From: Chloroflexota bacterium
GTDB taxonomy: Bacteria; Chloroflexota; UBA11872; VXNJ01
NCBI GenBank assembly: GCA_965261345.1
Contig: OZ253449.1
Coordinates: forward strand, 2,307,784 to 2,371,783
Direction: 5' to 3'
Length of the DNA stretch: 64,000 bases
The notes below the pieces were generated by a model. The model had not been told where the DNA came from. It searched no databases and worked only from the letters and a program-made list of their open reading frames with translations. Both the position numbers and the translations under genes were made by a program. This document shows, piece after piece, positions 53,925 through 63,081 of the stretch. Numbering within the stretch: position 1 is the stretch's first letter; every line of letters starts with the position of its first letter.

Positions 53925-55027
53925 TATCTGGGGGACTTCCACGTCGGTGTGTTCGATCACCTCCGCCCTGGCGCCGGCGTAGCTGGGGCGCTGCTTTGAG
54001 GGCAGGAGCTGAATGCCCTGCCACTTGTACCTGACGGTGTTATCACGGGCGACCCGGCGGGAGTGTCTAAAGCAGAGCACTCCGTCAAGGTCGATGTCGG
54101 GATCTGGGTGGCGGAAGACGTTCTGCGGTTGGGCTGGTGCCACCGCGAACTGCTGGTTGAAGCGCTCTACGAACCGGGAGAGCAGGTAATTGGCGGCGGC
54201 AATGCTCCTTGCCCCATCCAGGCGCAGCTTAAGTCACCAGGCGATCCTGGAAGGTTCCGCAGGCACGTTCGACTCTCCCTTTTGCCTGTGGTGAGCTGGC
54301 AAATATCAGCCGTATCCCCAGCTGCCCCATCGCCCGCGCGAATTGGGTCGCGCCCTCGGCCTTTGCCGGTTCGGCAGAGCGCAACGAGGGCACGAATACG
54401 CTGTGACGATCACTGTAGAGCGCCAACGGGATGCCGTGATCTCTGATCAGGTCGCTTAGCAACTCAAAGTAGCCGCAGGCATCCTCATCGGGCCAGAAAG
54501 CGCGCCGCCAACACCTTGCCGGTGGCATCATCTATGGCCAGGTGCAGGGTAAACAGGGGAAAGTCATCACCCAGCCAGCGGTGATGGCTGCCGTCAATCT
54601 GGACCAGCATCCCTTCGGAGGGCATACGCTCCCTTCTTACCCGGTGGCGGGGCGGGCGCCGGCGCCGCGGGCTTCTGATTCCGGCCGCCGCCAGGATCCG
54701 GCGAAGGGTCTGCCGACCGATCTCGATTCCCTCCCTCTCGCAGAGCAGCTGGGCTAGGTGGGTGTGATTTACATCCTGGTAACGGGTCTGGGCCAGTGCG
54801 ATCACCCTGGCGGCGACATCCGGTGGAGTTGCGTTCCCCGGCCGGCGGCCGCGGTTGCCGTGACTTAAGGCTTGCTCGCCGCGGCTGCGGTAAGCGGCCA
54901 GCAATCGATAGAACTGGCGGCCGCTGAGGCCGAGCAGGGTCGCCGCCTGCTGGGAATCGATCTGCCTGGCAAGGAAGCAATCAAGGATTTGCCGGCGTGC
55001 TGGCGGGAACTGCTCGACCAATGTCAT
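53925..55027 (-). pseudogene. ISNCY-family-like DDE (rve) transposase, split over three frames.
   Basis: HTH (QQAATLLGLSGRQFYRLL..LSHGNRGRRPGN), MLVQIDGSHHRWLGD..TLHLAIDDATGKV (frame a), GYFELL..GIPLALYSDRHSVF..TQFARAMGQLGIRLIFASSPQAKGRVERACGTFQDRLV (frame b), and VFRHPDPDIDLDGVLCFRHSRRVARDNTVRY (frame c). Confidence 0.6.
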
Positions 55028-55300
55028 GGGTCCCTACTGTTGAAGAAAAGACTGACATTTTCCTTGAGCAGTTAACCACTGACGGAATCGCTGAGCAATA
55101 ACACATTGACAAGCGAATGGTCTTGAAGGAAAACAGCACTTCAGAGGGCTTGCCTGGAGAATCTTTCGAGAACTCAACACGATTGCCTAGGTCAAAAATT
55201 GGCAATTCGGGATTCTGAATCAAGTCAGTTGTTTCACCCCGGTTGCGCGCGAGAACTACCCACCGGACCAAGCAATTCAGTTCCTTAAGGACTTTCGTTT

Positions 55301-56242
55301 ATGGCTTCGTTTCCAGACAAATGCCCGCTTTGGGGACCTGAATTCTCTGCACGGGTTTCAGCGCGTAGTAGACAAGGTCGAATCGATGTTGAATCGCCCC
55401 GAACAGGGGGGTGCTTCTGCTCAGACAAGGATGTGTTAAGCAATTTGCATGAGTTGAGCAAACGAGAAAAAGCAAAACTAACGACTTGGCTCATCGAAAG
55501 GAGGAGGCAAGGAGAAGATTGGCCGCGGATTACTCAAGATGTAATCGACGCGGTGGCGCGAACAAACCCGTTGCCTGTTTACACCCGGGCTGATCGTTTG
55601 CTGCAGCATTTGAGCGAAATTACTACCGAATTTGGAATGCCATTGTCGGCACCGTTTAAACCGTACGTGGCCCATGCGATCTCAGAGTCAACTAGTGATC
55701 GCGAAGTTGGATTTCTTCGCGATTTTCTCGCCGATCGCGGCTGGATATTGGACAAACCTGGTTGGTCGGGCATGGATACAGCGCTTAAAGTCGACGGCTT
55801 GGCTCGGGTGGAACAATTGACCGTCAACGCAGATTCTCCCCAGGCGTTTGTAGCAATGTGGATAGATTCGTCATTGGACAGCGCATATGTCGATGGATTC
55901 AAGCCCGCAATTGAGGATTGCGGTTACGTGGCGATGAGGATTGACCAAAAGCCCGATGTCGACAAATTAGACGATGAAATCATCGCTGAGATACGGCGTT
56001 CGCGATTTGTCGTGGCTGATTTGTCTCAAGACAATAAAGGCGCGCGCGGAAGCGTTTATTTTGAAGCCGGGTTCGCAATGGGAACGGGTTTACCAGTTAT
56101 CTTTACTTGTCATAAAGAATGGGACGACGATTTTCATTTTGACATTCGACAGTACGCGCACATTGTGTGGGACTCGTCGGACAATCTCCGAAAATCGTTA
56201 AGTGCCCGAATCTCGGCACGACCGCGATGGGCCCGGTATTGA
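55301..56242 (+). CDS. Orphan protein with a C-terminal nucleoside-2-deoxyribosyltransferase-like / TIR-like Rossmannoid domain.
   Basis: The C-terminal ~130 aa read QAFVAMWIDSSLDSAYVDGFKPAIEDCGYVAMRID..DDEIIAEIRRSRFVVADLSQDN..SVYFEAGFAMGTGLPVIFTC..FHFDIRQY. I recognised nothing in the N-terminal ~170 aa (possibly a Cys-containing/wHTH region). Confidence 0.45.
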   Translation: MASFPDKCPLWGPEFSARVSARSRQGRIDVESPRTGGCFCSDKDVLSNLHELSKREKAKLTTWLIERRRQGEDWPRITQDVIDAVARTNPLPVYTRADRLLQHLSEITTEFGMPLSAPFKPYVAHAISESTSDREVGFLRDFLADRGWILDKPGWSGMDTALKVDGLARVEQLTVNADSPQAFVAMWIDSSLDSAYVDGFKPAIEDCGYVAMRIDQKPDVDKLDDEIIAEIRRSRFVVADLSQDNKGARGSVYFEAGFAMGTGLPVIFTCHKEWDDDFHFDIRQYAHIVWDSSDNLRKSLSARISARPRWARY

Positions 56243-57177
56243 TGGGTGAGTGACCTTTTCGCAATGACGGATCGGGCCCGGCCGGGTATGTCGGCACCGC
56301 TCTTCTCTACCGATTCCAATTCATCCACCCACTGTTACCTGCTAAAGGAGGCGTTTCCGCATCGCCACGTGAGGGATGTCCGTTGATGATGGCCATCAGA
56401 GATCGGACAGAGACGGACATCAGTTAGTGGATAGGCAAGTGACGATGTCAATAGACTTTGCCGCTCAAACTGTCCAGCGAACAGAAGCTAGTGGCCACCC
56501 ACACCCGCGGACTTAAACGTCAGTTAGAGGGGCCCGCATGGGTTCTGCAGCAGACCCCTATATAGACATAGGTTCTCTTCTGGAATTAAGCGACGTTTGA
56601 GTAATGTCACCCGGGCCGAAGCGAAGTCTTAATTCAGCAGGGGGCTGTTACTAGTTTGCTGCGTGCTGATCAATTGCCGACGGAGCCAAGCCGTCTGGCG
56701 ACCGAGCCGCCGCAGAACCGGATACGCCGCGAGGGGGCCATCATCCGGCAAGAATTAGGCGAGCCCGTTCACTGACATTTTTGCTGGACCGTTGGACTGA
56801 CAAAGTCGCCGAGCAACGACACGGAAGTGGGGATTTTCATTTCGCCGGGATTTCTGATTGGACTAAATATTCAATTAACTGTTGGCTATGCACAAGGGGT
56901 AACCGGAGTTGCCCGAAGCGGTGGTCGACTGCGAAACGATCCGATCGGCCGATCTTAATGCGAATGGTACCCGAGCGCAATGGCATCAACGGAAGCGTTA
57001 AGGCATTGCGCTCATTGGTCGACTGGACTCGGTCTCCGGATTTCGAATCTGTAGCGGAATTGGGTTTCGCCCGATAGTTGTAACTTGCCGTTTAACGCCC
57101 TACTGCGTGGAGACAATAACCTAAGCCTGCCCATTGTGGTCCCGGCCTTGAAATGCCCTCCCTAGGCCGCTTTCGGG

Positions 57178-57330
57178 TTACCAAACCCTCTGGTAGTAAA
57201 CGGTCTGACCGGGGCCGCATTGACCGCAAGGCGGCAGTCGATCACTGTCGTCGTCGAGGGTTACTTGCCATGTGGTGCACGTAGTGCAGCGATAAGTGCC
57301 TTTGCCAGGTTTTGATCCAATGGGGTACAA
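57178..57330 (-). CDS. Small (50-aa) zinc-ribbon protein. It is absent from the ORF track (too short, TTG start).
   Basis: ggagg, 6 nt, then TTG. The translation is (M)YPIGSKPGKGTYRCTTCTTWQVTLDDDSDRLPPCGQCGPGQTVYYQRVW*, with two CxxC pairs 19 residues apart. Confidence 0.35.
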   Translation of the reverse strand: MYPIGSKPGKGTYRCTTCTTWQVTLDDDSDRLPPCGQCGPGQTVYYQRVW

Positions 57331-57551
57331 ATGAGTCCTCCAAGATGAATATTGGGTAACAAATAAATGTCACGTTTGGGTGCTAACGCCGTCGCATCTA
57401 AAACGGAATCCGCGTTCGCTCTGCGCTTCAGTCCTCCTTCTTTGGCCGCGGTGGTGAAAACGGATTGGCAGTGAGTGCGATTGCGTTAACATGATAATAG
57501 CACGGGCACGTGGCGACTTTGAAATTGGGCACGGTCTAGTGAGGGTGGAAA

Positions 57552-58148
57552 GTGCAAATATCAACCATTGCCGATATTAAGCCAGGATTGTCAACGTCTG
57601 GAAGGGCGGCAGGCAGCCGCCGTGGCGACTGGGAGCTCCGCATCGTAGAAAGCGCCGACATAGTTGAGGACTGTTTGCAACTCAGCGGGCTCCGCAAAAT
57701 AATGGTCGTGCGCAGCACGCGGGCCGAAAAGCACCTCCTTAAGCCATTTGACTTGCTCGTAACTGCACGCTCCCCGGCGGTAAAGGTCGCATTGGTCCCG
57801 CCTGGCGTAACTCGGACTGTCGCGTCATCGACTTTGCTCGTCCTGCGCACTCCTGACCCGGGTTCCGGATTGGCGCACTTCCTCTGGTTCTACCTCTCAT
57901 CGACGCACGGTCGGGCTCAGATAGCGGCCAGATTCACGAAAACATTTTTGCCGGCGCTATCGGCGAAAGCGCTCGGTGAATTGAGAATTCGGTTGCCTGG
58001 GCTCATTGAACTTCAACGCTTGGCCGACCTGATTGATGCGGCCGAAATCTCGCGCATTACAGCAATTGAGGCCGCGCGCATCAGACATGGCGTGATTCGC
58101 GATGCTGTCATCGGCGCGATCACGGCGCCGGCCTATGAAAGGTGTTAA
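57552..58148 (+). CDS. hsdS: Half-size type I restriction specificity subunit (a single TRD plus one conserved helix).
   Basis: 198 aa with a GTG start. ..IADIKPG.., FDLLVTARSP.VKVALV, SSTLLVLR..FLWFYLSS..G, and LGELRIRLPGLIELQRLADLIDAAE match the Methylase_S layout. Its stop at 58146-58148 lies 2 nt before the hsdM ATG. Confidence 0.6.
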   Translation: MQISTIADIKPGLSTSGRAAGSRRGDWELRIVESADIVEDCLQLSGLRKIMVVRSTRAEKHLLKPFDLLVTARSPAVKVALVPPGVTRTVASSTLLVLRTPDPGSGLAHFLWFYLSSTHGRAQIAARFTKTFLPALSAKALGELRIRLPGLIELQRLADLIDAAEISRITAIEAARIRHGVIRDAVIGAITAPAYERC

Positions 58149-58150
58149 CC

Positions 58151-59683
58151 ATGCCGCTTGAAAACAAGGAATTGGAATCAAAACTCTGGGGAGCCGCCGA
58201 CATCCTCAGAGGCCAGATCGACTCCAGCGACTACAAAAACTACATCTTCTCGATGCTTTTCTTAAAGCGGCTTAGCGACCGCTTCACCGAGGAGGTCGAG
58301 CGTGCCGTCGCCGACGGCCAGCCCCGTCAAGTGGCCTTGCTCGACCCCGATGAGCACGAGTTCTACGTTCCACCCGAAGCCCGTTGGAGTGAGATCGTCA
58401 GTCAGGCGATGAACCTCGGCGAGGTCGTCAACCGAGCCAGCGCCGAAATCGAGGAAGCCAACGCACCCCGGCTCGACGGCGTCCTGCGTAACACGAACTG
58501 GAATGACGAGTCCAAACTCGGCAACCCTATCAGTCGCGACCGAATAATCAGTAGACTACTGCGGCATTTCGATGCCCTTGACTTGAGCGACGCGAACCTG
58601 ACAAGTGAGGGTGCCCACGGCGCCGTCAACGTATTGGGCGATGCCTATGAGTACCTAATTAACAAATTTGCCGATGATGCCGGCAAGAAGGGCGGCGAGT
58701 TTTACACTCCCCGATCGGTAGTTGGTTTGATCGTGGAACTGCTGGAACCAACCGAAGGCATGCGCATATGCGATCCCACCGCCGGGTCTGCGGGCATGCT
58801 TATTTACGCAGCTCAGTACGTCGCCAAGCAAGGCGGCAATTCGCGGAATCTGGTGCTGCACGGTCAAGAACGCAACCTCGGAACGCTCGCCATCGGCAAG
58901 CTGAACCTGTTGTTGCACAGTCTGCGCTCCGCCCGTTTCGAGGGCGGTGATGTCATCTTGGACCCGCAGTTACGGGACCAGGACGGTCGCCTGTTTTCCT
59001 ATGACCGCGTCATCGCCAATCCGCCCTTCAGCCTAAAGGAGTGGGGGCGCGATTTTGCCCCCAACGACCCCCATCACCGTTTCGACCGTTTCGGCGCGAT
59101 TCCGCCGAAAACCAGGGGAGACCTCGCATTCCTCCAGCACATGCTCGCTGTTACCAACGCGGATGGGATGGTAGGAGTGGTGATGCCGCACGGCATCCTC
59201 TTTAGAGTTGGTACAGAGGGCACGATCCGCAAGGGCATCGTCCAGGCCGACCTGTTTGAGGCAGTCATCGGGTTAGCGCCCAATCTTTTCTATGGCGCCA
59301 GCATCCCTGTCGCCGTCTGCATCCTCAACAAAAGCAAACCCCCCGAGCGGCGTGGGAAGGTCCTATTCATCGACGCTGCTCAACCAGATTACTTCCGCTC
59401 GGGCAAGGCGCAGAACCACCTTGATCAGGCACACGTGGCGAGCATCGTCGAGGCGTTTCGCACCTTTAAAGAAATCGAGCGCTTTGCGCATGTGGCGGAC
59501 CTCGCGGAGATCGCCGCCAACGACCACAACCTGAACATCAGTCGCTATGTCGACACCACCGAGCCGGTCGAGGTCATAAGCGTCAAGGACGCACTGGCGC
59601 AGCTCCGCGAGGCGGAGCGGAAGCGTGACGAGGCGGCTGCCCACATGGACGAGTTGCTTGCGGAGCTGGGCTATGGCCGGTAG
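58151..59683 (+). CDS. hsdM: Type I restriction-modification system methyltransferase subunit HsdM.
   Basis: N-terminal HsdM_N (LWGAADILRGQIDSSDYKNYIFSMLFLKRLSD), SAM motif CDPTAGSAGML, and catalytic VIANPPFSLKEW. Confidence 0.95.
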   Translation: MPLENKELESKLWGAADILRGQIDSSDYKNYIFSMLFLKRLSDRFTEEVERAVADGQPRQVALLDPDEHEFYVPPEARWSEIVSQAMNLGEVVNRASAEIEEANAPRLDGVLRNTNWNDESKLGNPISRDRIISRLLRHFDALDLSDANLTSEGAHGAVNVLGDAYEYLINKFADDAGKKGGEFYTPRSVVGLIVELLEPTEGMRICDPTAGSAGMLIYAAQYVAKQGGNSRNLVLHGQERNLGTLAIGKLNLLLHSLRSARFEGGDVILDPQLRDQDGRLFSYDRVIANPPFSLKEWGRDFAPNDPHHRFDRFGAIPPKTRGDLAFLQHMLAVTNADGMVGVVMPHGILFRVGTEGTIRKGIVQADLFEAVIGLAPNLFYGASIPVAVCILNKSKPPERRGKVLFIDAAQPDYFRSGKAQNHLDQAHVASIVEAFRTFKEIERFAHVADLAEIAANDHNLNISRYVDTTEPVEVISVKDALAQLREAERKRDEAAAHMDELLAELGYGR

Positions 59684-60142
59684 CGAGGGCATGGCCCTCC
59701 CCGCCGGTTGGGAAATCGTACGTTTGGGGGATGTGGCAGAGGTGGTGATGGGTCAGTCTCCGCCAGGGGAAGCAGTACTTGATTGGGACGGTGAATCTAC
59801 CGAGGATGATGGGCTACCGTTTATTCAGGGCAATGCTGAATTTGGAAGTAAATCTCCCCAACCGCTGAAATGGTGCGTCGATCCATCGAAAGTAGTTGAC
59901 TCCGCCGACTTGTTGATCAGTGTGAGGGCGCCCGTGGGTCAAACAAATCGAGCTGATCAGCTACTCGCCATTGGCCGGGGCCTTGCCGGAATCCGATTCA
60001 CCGGCGCGTATCAACCCTTCGGTTGGCATGTCCTTAACCATGCCAAACGAGATTTTGAACGTGTTGCTCAGGGAAGCACATTCGGGGCGATAGGCGGCAC
60101 GGAACTTCGATCTCTTTCGCTGGCACTTCCACCCCTACCTGA
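59673..60142 (+). pseudogene. hsdS: Full-length hsdS, 5' part (TRD1). It is interrupted by an IS3-family element.
   Basis: The ATG overlaps the hsdM end by 11 nt. The sequence reads LPAGWEIVRLGDVAEVVMGQSPPG.. up to ..ELRSLSLALPPLP, where the IS begins. Confidence 0.85.
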
Positions 60143-60210
60143 TGACGTGGACCCTTCTATTGGTACCAGGACGAATGTGATTAATCTGGTTCCATAAGAA
60201 AGGGACATTC

Positions 60211-60489
60211 ATGGCGAAAAGAAAGTACTCGCCCGAACAGATCATTCACAAGCTCCGCTCGATTGAGCTGGTTGTCGCGCAAGGCAAGACCGTGTTCGAG
60301 GCCTGCCGCGAGGTGGGCATCAACCCCCAGACCTATTACCGCTGGCGCTCCCGCTACGGCGGCATGACCATCAGCGAAGCCAAGGAGAACAAGCGCCTGC
60401 GCGAGGAGAACACCCGCCTCAAGCAGGCCGTGGCCGATCTGACTCTGGACGTACAGATCTTGAAAGAGGCGGCCTCGGGAAATTGGTAA
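60211..60489 (+). CDS. IS3-family transposase OrfA (HTH / leucine zipper).
   Basis: MAKRKYSPEQII..ACREVGINPQTYYRWRSRY..ENKRLREENTRLKQAVADLTLDVQILKE. Confidence 0.9.
   Translation: MAKRKYSPEQIIHKLRSIELVVAQGKTVFEACREVGINPQTYYRWRSRYGGMTISEAKENKRLREENTRLKQAVADLTLDVQILKEAASGNW
60477..60483 (+). promoter_or_regulatory. Candidate -1 programmed-frameshift heptamer G_GGA_AAT at the orfA/orfB overlap.
   Basis: orfB is in the -1 frame relative to orfA. The X_XXY_YYZ pattern sits in the orfA zero frame (tcg gga aat tgg taa), 4 nt before the orfA stop codon. It is not the classical A_AAA_AAG. Confidence 0.3.
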
Positions 60490-61337
60490 GCCCGGAGCGC
60501 CGACGTCGATGCGTCAAGCACATTCGGGCTAAATACAAAACATCAGAAAGAAGAACCTGTCAGGTATTGGGGCAGCCGCGGCGGACCCAGCGCTATGTGC
60601 CCAGACCCGATCCCGAAAACGACAATCTCACCGCCGAGATAAAGACCCTCTCCCTGCGTCATCCACGCTACGGCTACAAGCGCATCACCGCGCTGCTTAA
60701 GAGCTCAGGCTGGAATGTCAACCGCAAGCGGGTGCTGCGCATCTGGCGCCGGGAGGGCCTTAAGATCCCCGTTCGGCAGATCAAGCGCTCCCGCCTCTGG
60801 CTGGATGGGGAGCGCAGCATCCGACTGCGGTCCCTTCATCGCAACCACGTCTGGGCTTATGACTTCGCCTATGCGAGAACCGACGATGGCCGACCACTGC
60901 GGATCTTAGTCGTCGTTGATGAATTCACGCGCGAGGCGCTCTCGCTAACGGTCAACCGCACCTTCACTTCCAGGGACGTCATCGGGGTCATCTCAGGCCT
61001 CATGCTCACCCATGGCATCCCTGGTCACATCCGCTCTGACAACGGACCCGAATTCACCGCCAGGGCAATAAGGAACTGGTTATCGCAGAACGCAATTAAG
61101 ACCTCCTACATCAAGCCGGGGGCGCCCTGGGAGAATGGCTATGCTGAGAGCTTCATCGGCAAGCTCCGCGACGAGCTGCTGGACCGGGAGATATTTTTCA
61201 ATCTGGCCGAAGCCAAGGTGCTAATGGATGGCTATCGGCGGGAATACAATACCGTCCGGCCGCACAGCGCCCTTAGCTACCGGCCGCCAATTCAACCGAT
61301 CTTAAGATCGGTTGAAACCCAAGCAAATGTCGCATGA
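60483..61337 (+). CDS. IS3-family transposase OrfB (DDE integrase core).
   Basis: HVWAYDFAYARTDDGRPLRILVVVDEFTREAL..IRSDNGPEFTA..PGAPWENGYAESFIGKLRDELL..YNTVRPHSALSYRPP. Confidence 0.9.
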   Translation: MVSPERRRRCVKHIRAKYKTSERRTCQVLGQPRRTQRYVPRPDPENDNLTAEIKTLSLRHPRYGYKRITALLKSSGWNVNRKRVLRIWRREGLKIPVRQIKRSRLWLDGERSIRLRSLHRNHVWAYDFAYARTDDGRPLRILVVVDEFTREALSLTVNRTFTSRDVIGVISGLMLTHGIPGHIRSDNGPEFTARAIRNWLSQNAIKTSYIKPGAPWENGYAESFIGKLRDELLDREIFFNLAEAKVLMDGYRREYNTVRPHSALSYRPPIQPILRSVETQANVA

Positions 61338-61366
61338 AGCTTGGTACCAAGAATGGGTACCCGTCA

Positions 61367-62157
61367 CTGAGCAACGCGCTATCGCTTCCGTGCTTGACTC
61401 CATCGACAAGGCCATCGAGTGCACTGAGGATGTCATCGCCGCAACTGAGCGGCTGCGCGAGTCCCTGCTCCACGAGTTGCTCGCGCGTGGCCTCCCTGGT
61501 TGGCGCACAGAATGGCGCGAGGTTCCGGGGTTTGGGCCCGTCCCTGACGGCTGGAAGGTCGTACGGTTGGGAGATGTCGCAGAAGTTGTAGGAGGCGGAA
61601 CGCCATCTCGGGCCAAGTTTGAGTACTGGGGTGGTGATACACCGTGGGTTGTACCATCGGAAATCACGGCATTGTCTGGACGTTATTTGTCTACAACGCG
61701 TGAGTCAATTTCGGTATATGGGTCTAGGGCCGCTCGCCTACGAATGATTCCCGCCGGCTCAGTCCTCCTTACCAGCAGGGCGACTATTGGCGCAACGGCG
61801 ATCAACACGGTTCCTGTTGCCACCAATCAGGGTTTTCAGAGTCTGATTCCTGGCGATAAGATTTCCGGACTATGGCTCTATTACGTCGCAACCTCCTTGA
61901 AACGGGAGTTGGAAAAAAGGGCCGCGGGGAGCACATTTCGTGAGGTTTCTCGTGAGAGCGTCCGCTCAATTCGCATCGCCCTTCCATCGCGAGTTGAACA
62001 GAAGGCAATTGCGGCGGTGTTGGGTAGCGTGGACGCCACGATCGAAGAAGCGCAGGAGAAATTAAGAAAGCTGAATTTGTTAAAAATTTCGGCGGCCGAA
62101 TCGCTCTTAGCAGGGCGGATTCGGTGCAGTATCAAGGACAAAATTGGACAACAATAA
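61367..62157 (+). pseudogene. hsdS: Full-length hsdS, 3' part (central conserved region, TRD2, C-terminal conserved region).
   Basis: EQRAIASVLDSIDKAIE..LLHELLARG..WKVVRLGDVAEVVGGGTPSR..PWVVPSEI..TNQGFQSL..IRIALPSRVEQKAIAAVLGSVDATIEE. The frame matches the 5' part once the IS is removed. Confidence 0.85.
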
Positions 62158-63076
62158 AACGATTGAAATTCGCGCAAGCGATTTGCCAATTGCCCTGTAT
62201 CTGAATCAACGGGTGACCTTTGACCTGCTCGCCGTCATGGAGGGTGGTTTCGCGCGCGTGACGACAGTTCAGGAATCGTCGTCACGCGCAAAGCACTCCG
62301 GTGTCGAAGGGAGCGTTGGGCTCGGCACTAGCAATCCATTCGCCTTTCTCGGGTTCACATTCGGGGCACAGGGACACCGTGACACGGCGACCGCTTCTGG
62401 CGGTGTGACAACCGAGGAACTTGTTCACACTCCAACATCATTGTTCGCCAGACTTCGCCAGGAACTGATGCGCAGGGGTCTTGTCAGGACAATTGAAAAT
62501 GAGAGCGCTGACTTTGATACAGTCGCGCCTGGGGAATTTGTCGAGTTTCGAGCGGTATTACGCCGGTCGCCGTTAGTCGATGTTCTCGATACGTTTCAGC
62601 AGTTCGTCCCGATGATGGCCGTTTTCGACGGCGCTAAAGATTCGCCGCGAAAAGGCGGCCGGAAACAGCGGGGCGATAGGAGGAAAAATCTAGATCGAAC
62701 CGCACAGATGCTCCAGCAGATCGCGGCAATTCGCGACGCTGTTTCCGCGGATGGGTCCCAGGACCTTATTGCGGAGTGTGGCGTGAATCGATTTGTCTTG
62801 GCTACGGAAGAGGCATTCTTCGTCGATCCATCAATGAACGATGTCATTGATGGCACCTTCCGAGTATTCGGAAAAATCACGCGGGTTGTGCCTAAAAATG
62901 CCCCTGAGGGGATAAGCCTTTTCCGCAAGTCCGCTATCGGCAACTTTGGAGGCATTGTTTCGGAGTTGGGCTCGTCCCTCGCCTCGCTCGGAGACGTAGG
63001 TTTCACTGGTCAGAAAGTCGAGACGCAGATACCTGCACCGACCCTCCAGGTGATCCCGATCGGAATCTTCGCCTAA
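62144..63076 (+). CDS. Hypothetical 310-aa protein embedded between hsdS and hsdR. No domain recognised.
   Basis: The ATG overlaps the hsdS end by 14 nt, and the stop lies 5 nt before the proposed hsdR start. The sequence begins ..LYLNQRVTFDLLAVMEGGFARV.., has a basic low-complexity centre GAKDSPRKGGRKQRGDRRKNLDR, and ends ..LQVIPIGIFA. I saw no P-loop, HEPN Rx4-6H or PD-(D/E)XK motif. Confidence 0.5.
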   Translation: MDNNKTIEIRASDLPIALYLNQRVTFDLLAVMEGGFARVTTVQESSSRAKHSGVEGSVGLGTSNPFAFLGFTFGAQGHRDTATASGGVTTEELVHTPTSLFARLRQELMRRGLVRTIENESADFDTVAPGEFVEFRAVLRRSPLVDVLDTFQQFVPMMAVFDGAKDSPRKGGRKQRGDRRKNLDRTAQMLQQIAAIRDAVSADGSQDLIAECGVNRFVLATEEAFFVDPSMNDVIDGTFRVFGKITRVVPKNAPEGISLFRKSAIGNFGGIVSELGSSLASLGDVGFTGQKVETQIPAPTLQVIPIGIFA

Positions 63077-63081
63077 CCCCC

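Larger units (their letters stand above)
60143..61366 (+). mobile_element. IS3-family (IS407-group-like) insertion sequence, 1224 bp, inside hsdS.
   Basis: The ends are TGACGTGGACCC.. and ..GGGTACCCGTCA (5'-TG..CA-3', ~30-bp imperfect inverted repeats). A 4-bp direct repeat CTGA sits at 60139-60142 and 61367-61370. Excising 1228 bp restores ..ALPPLPEQRAIASVLD.. in frame. Confidence 0.9.

Noticed and set aside
57020-57065. A tRNA-like T-loop string (ccggatttcgaatctgt).
   Set aside because: The flanking bases do not form a T-stem (ccgga versus tctgt are not complementary). I could not build an acceptor or anticodon arm.
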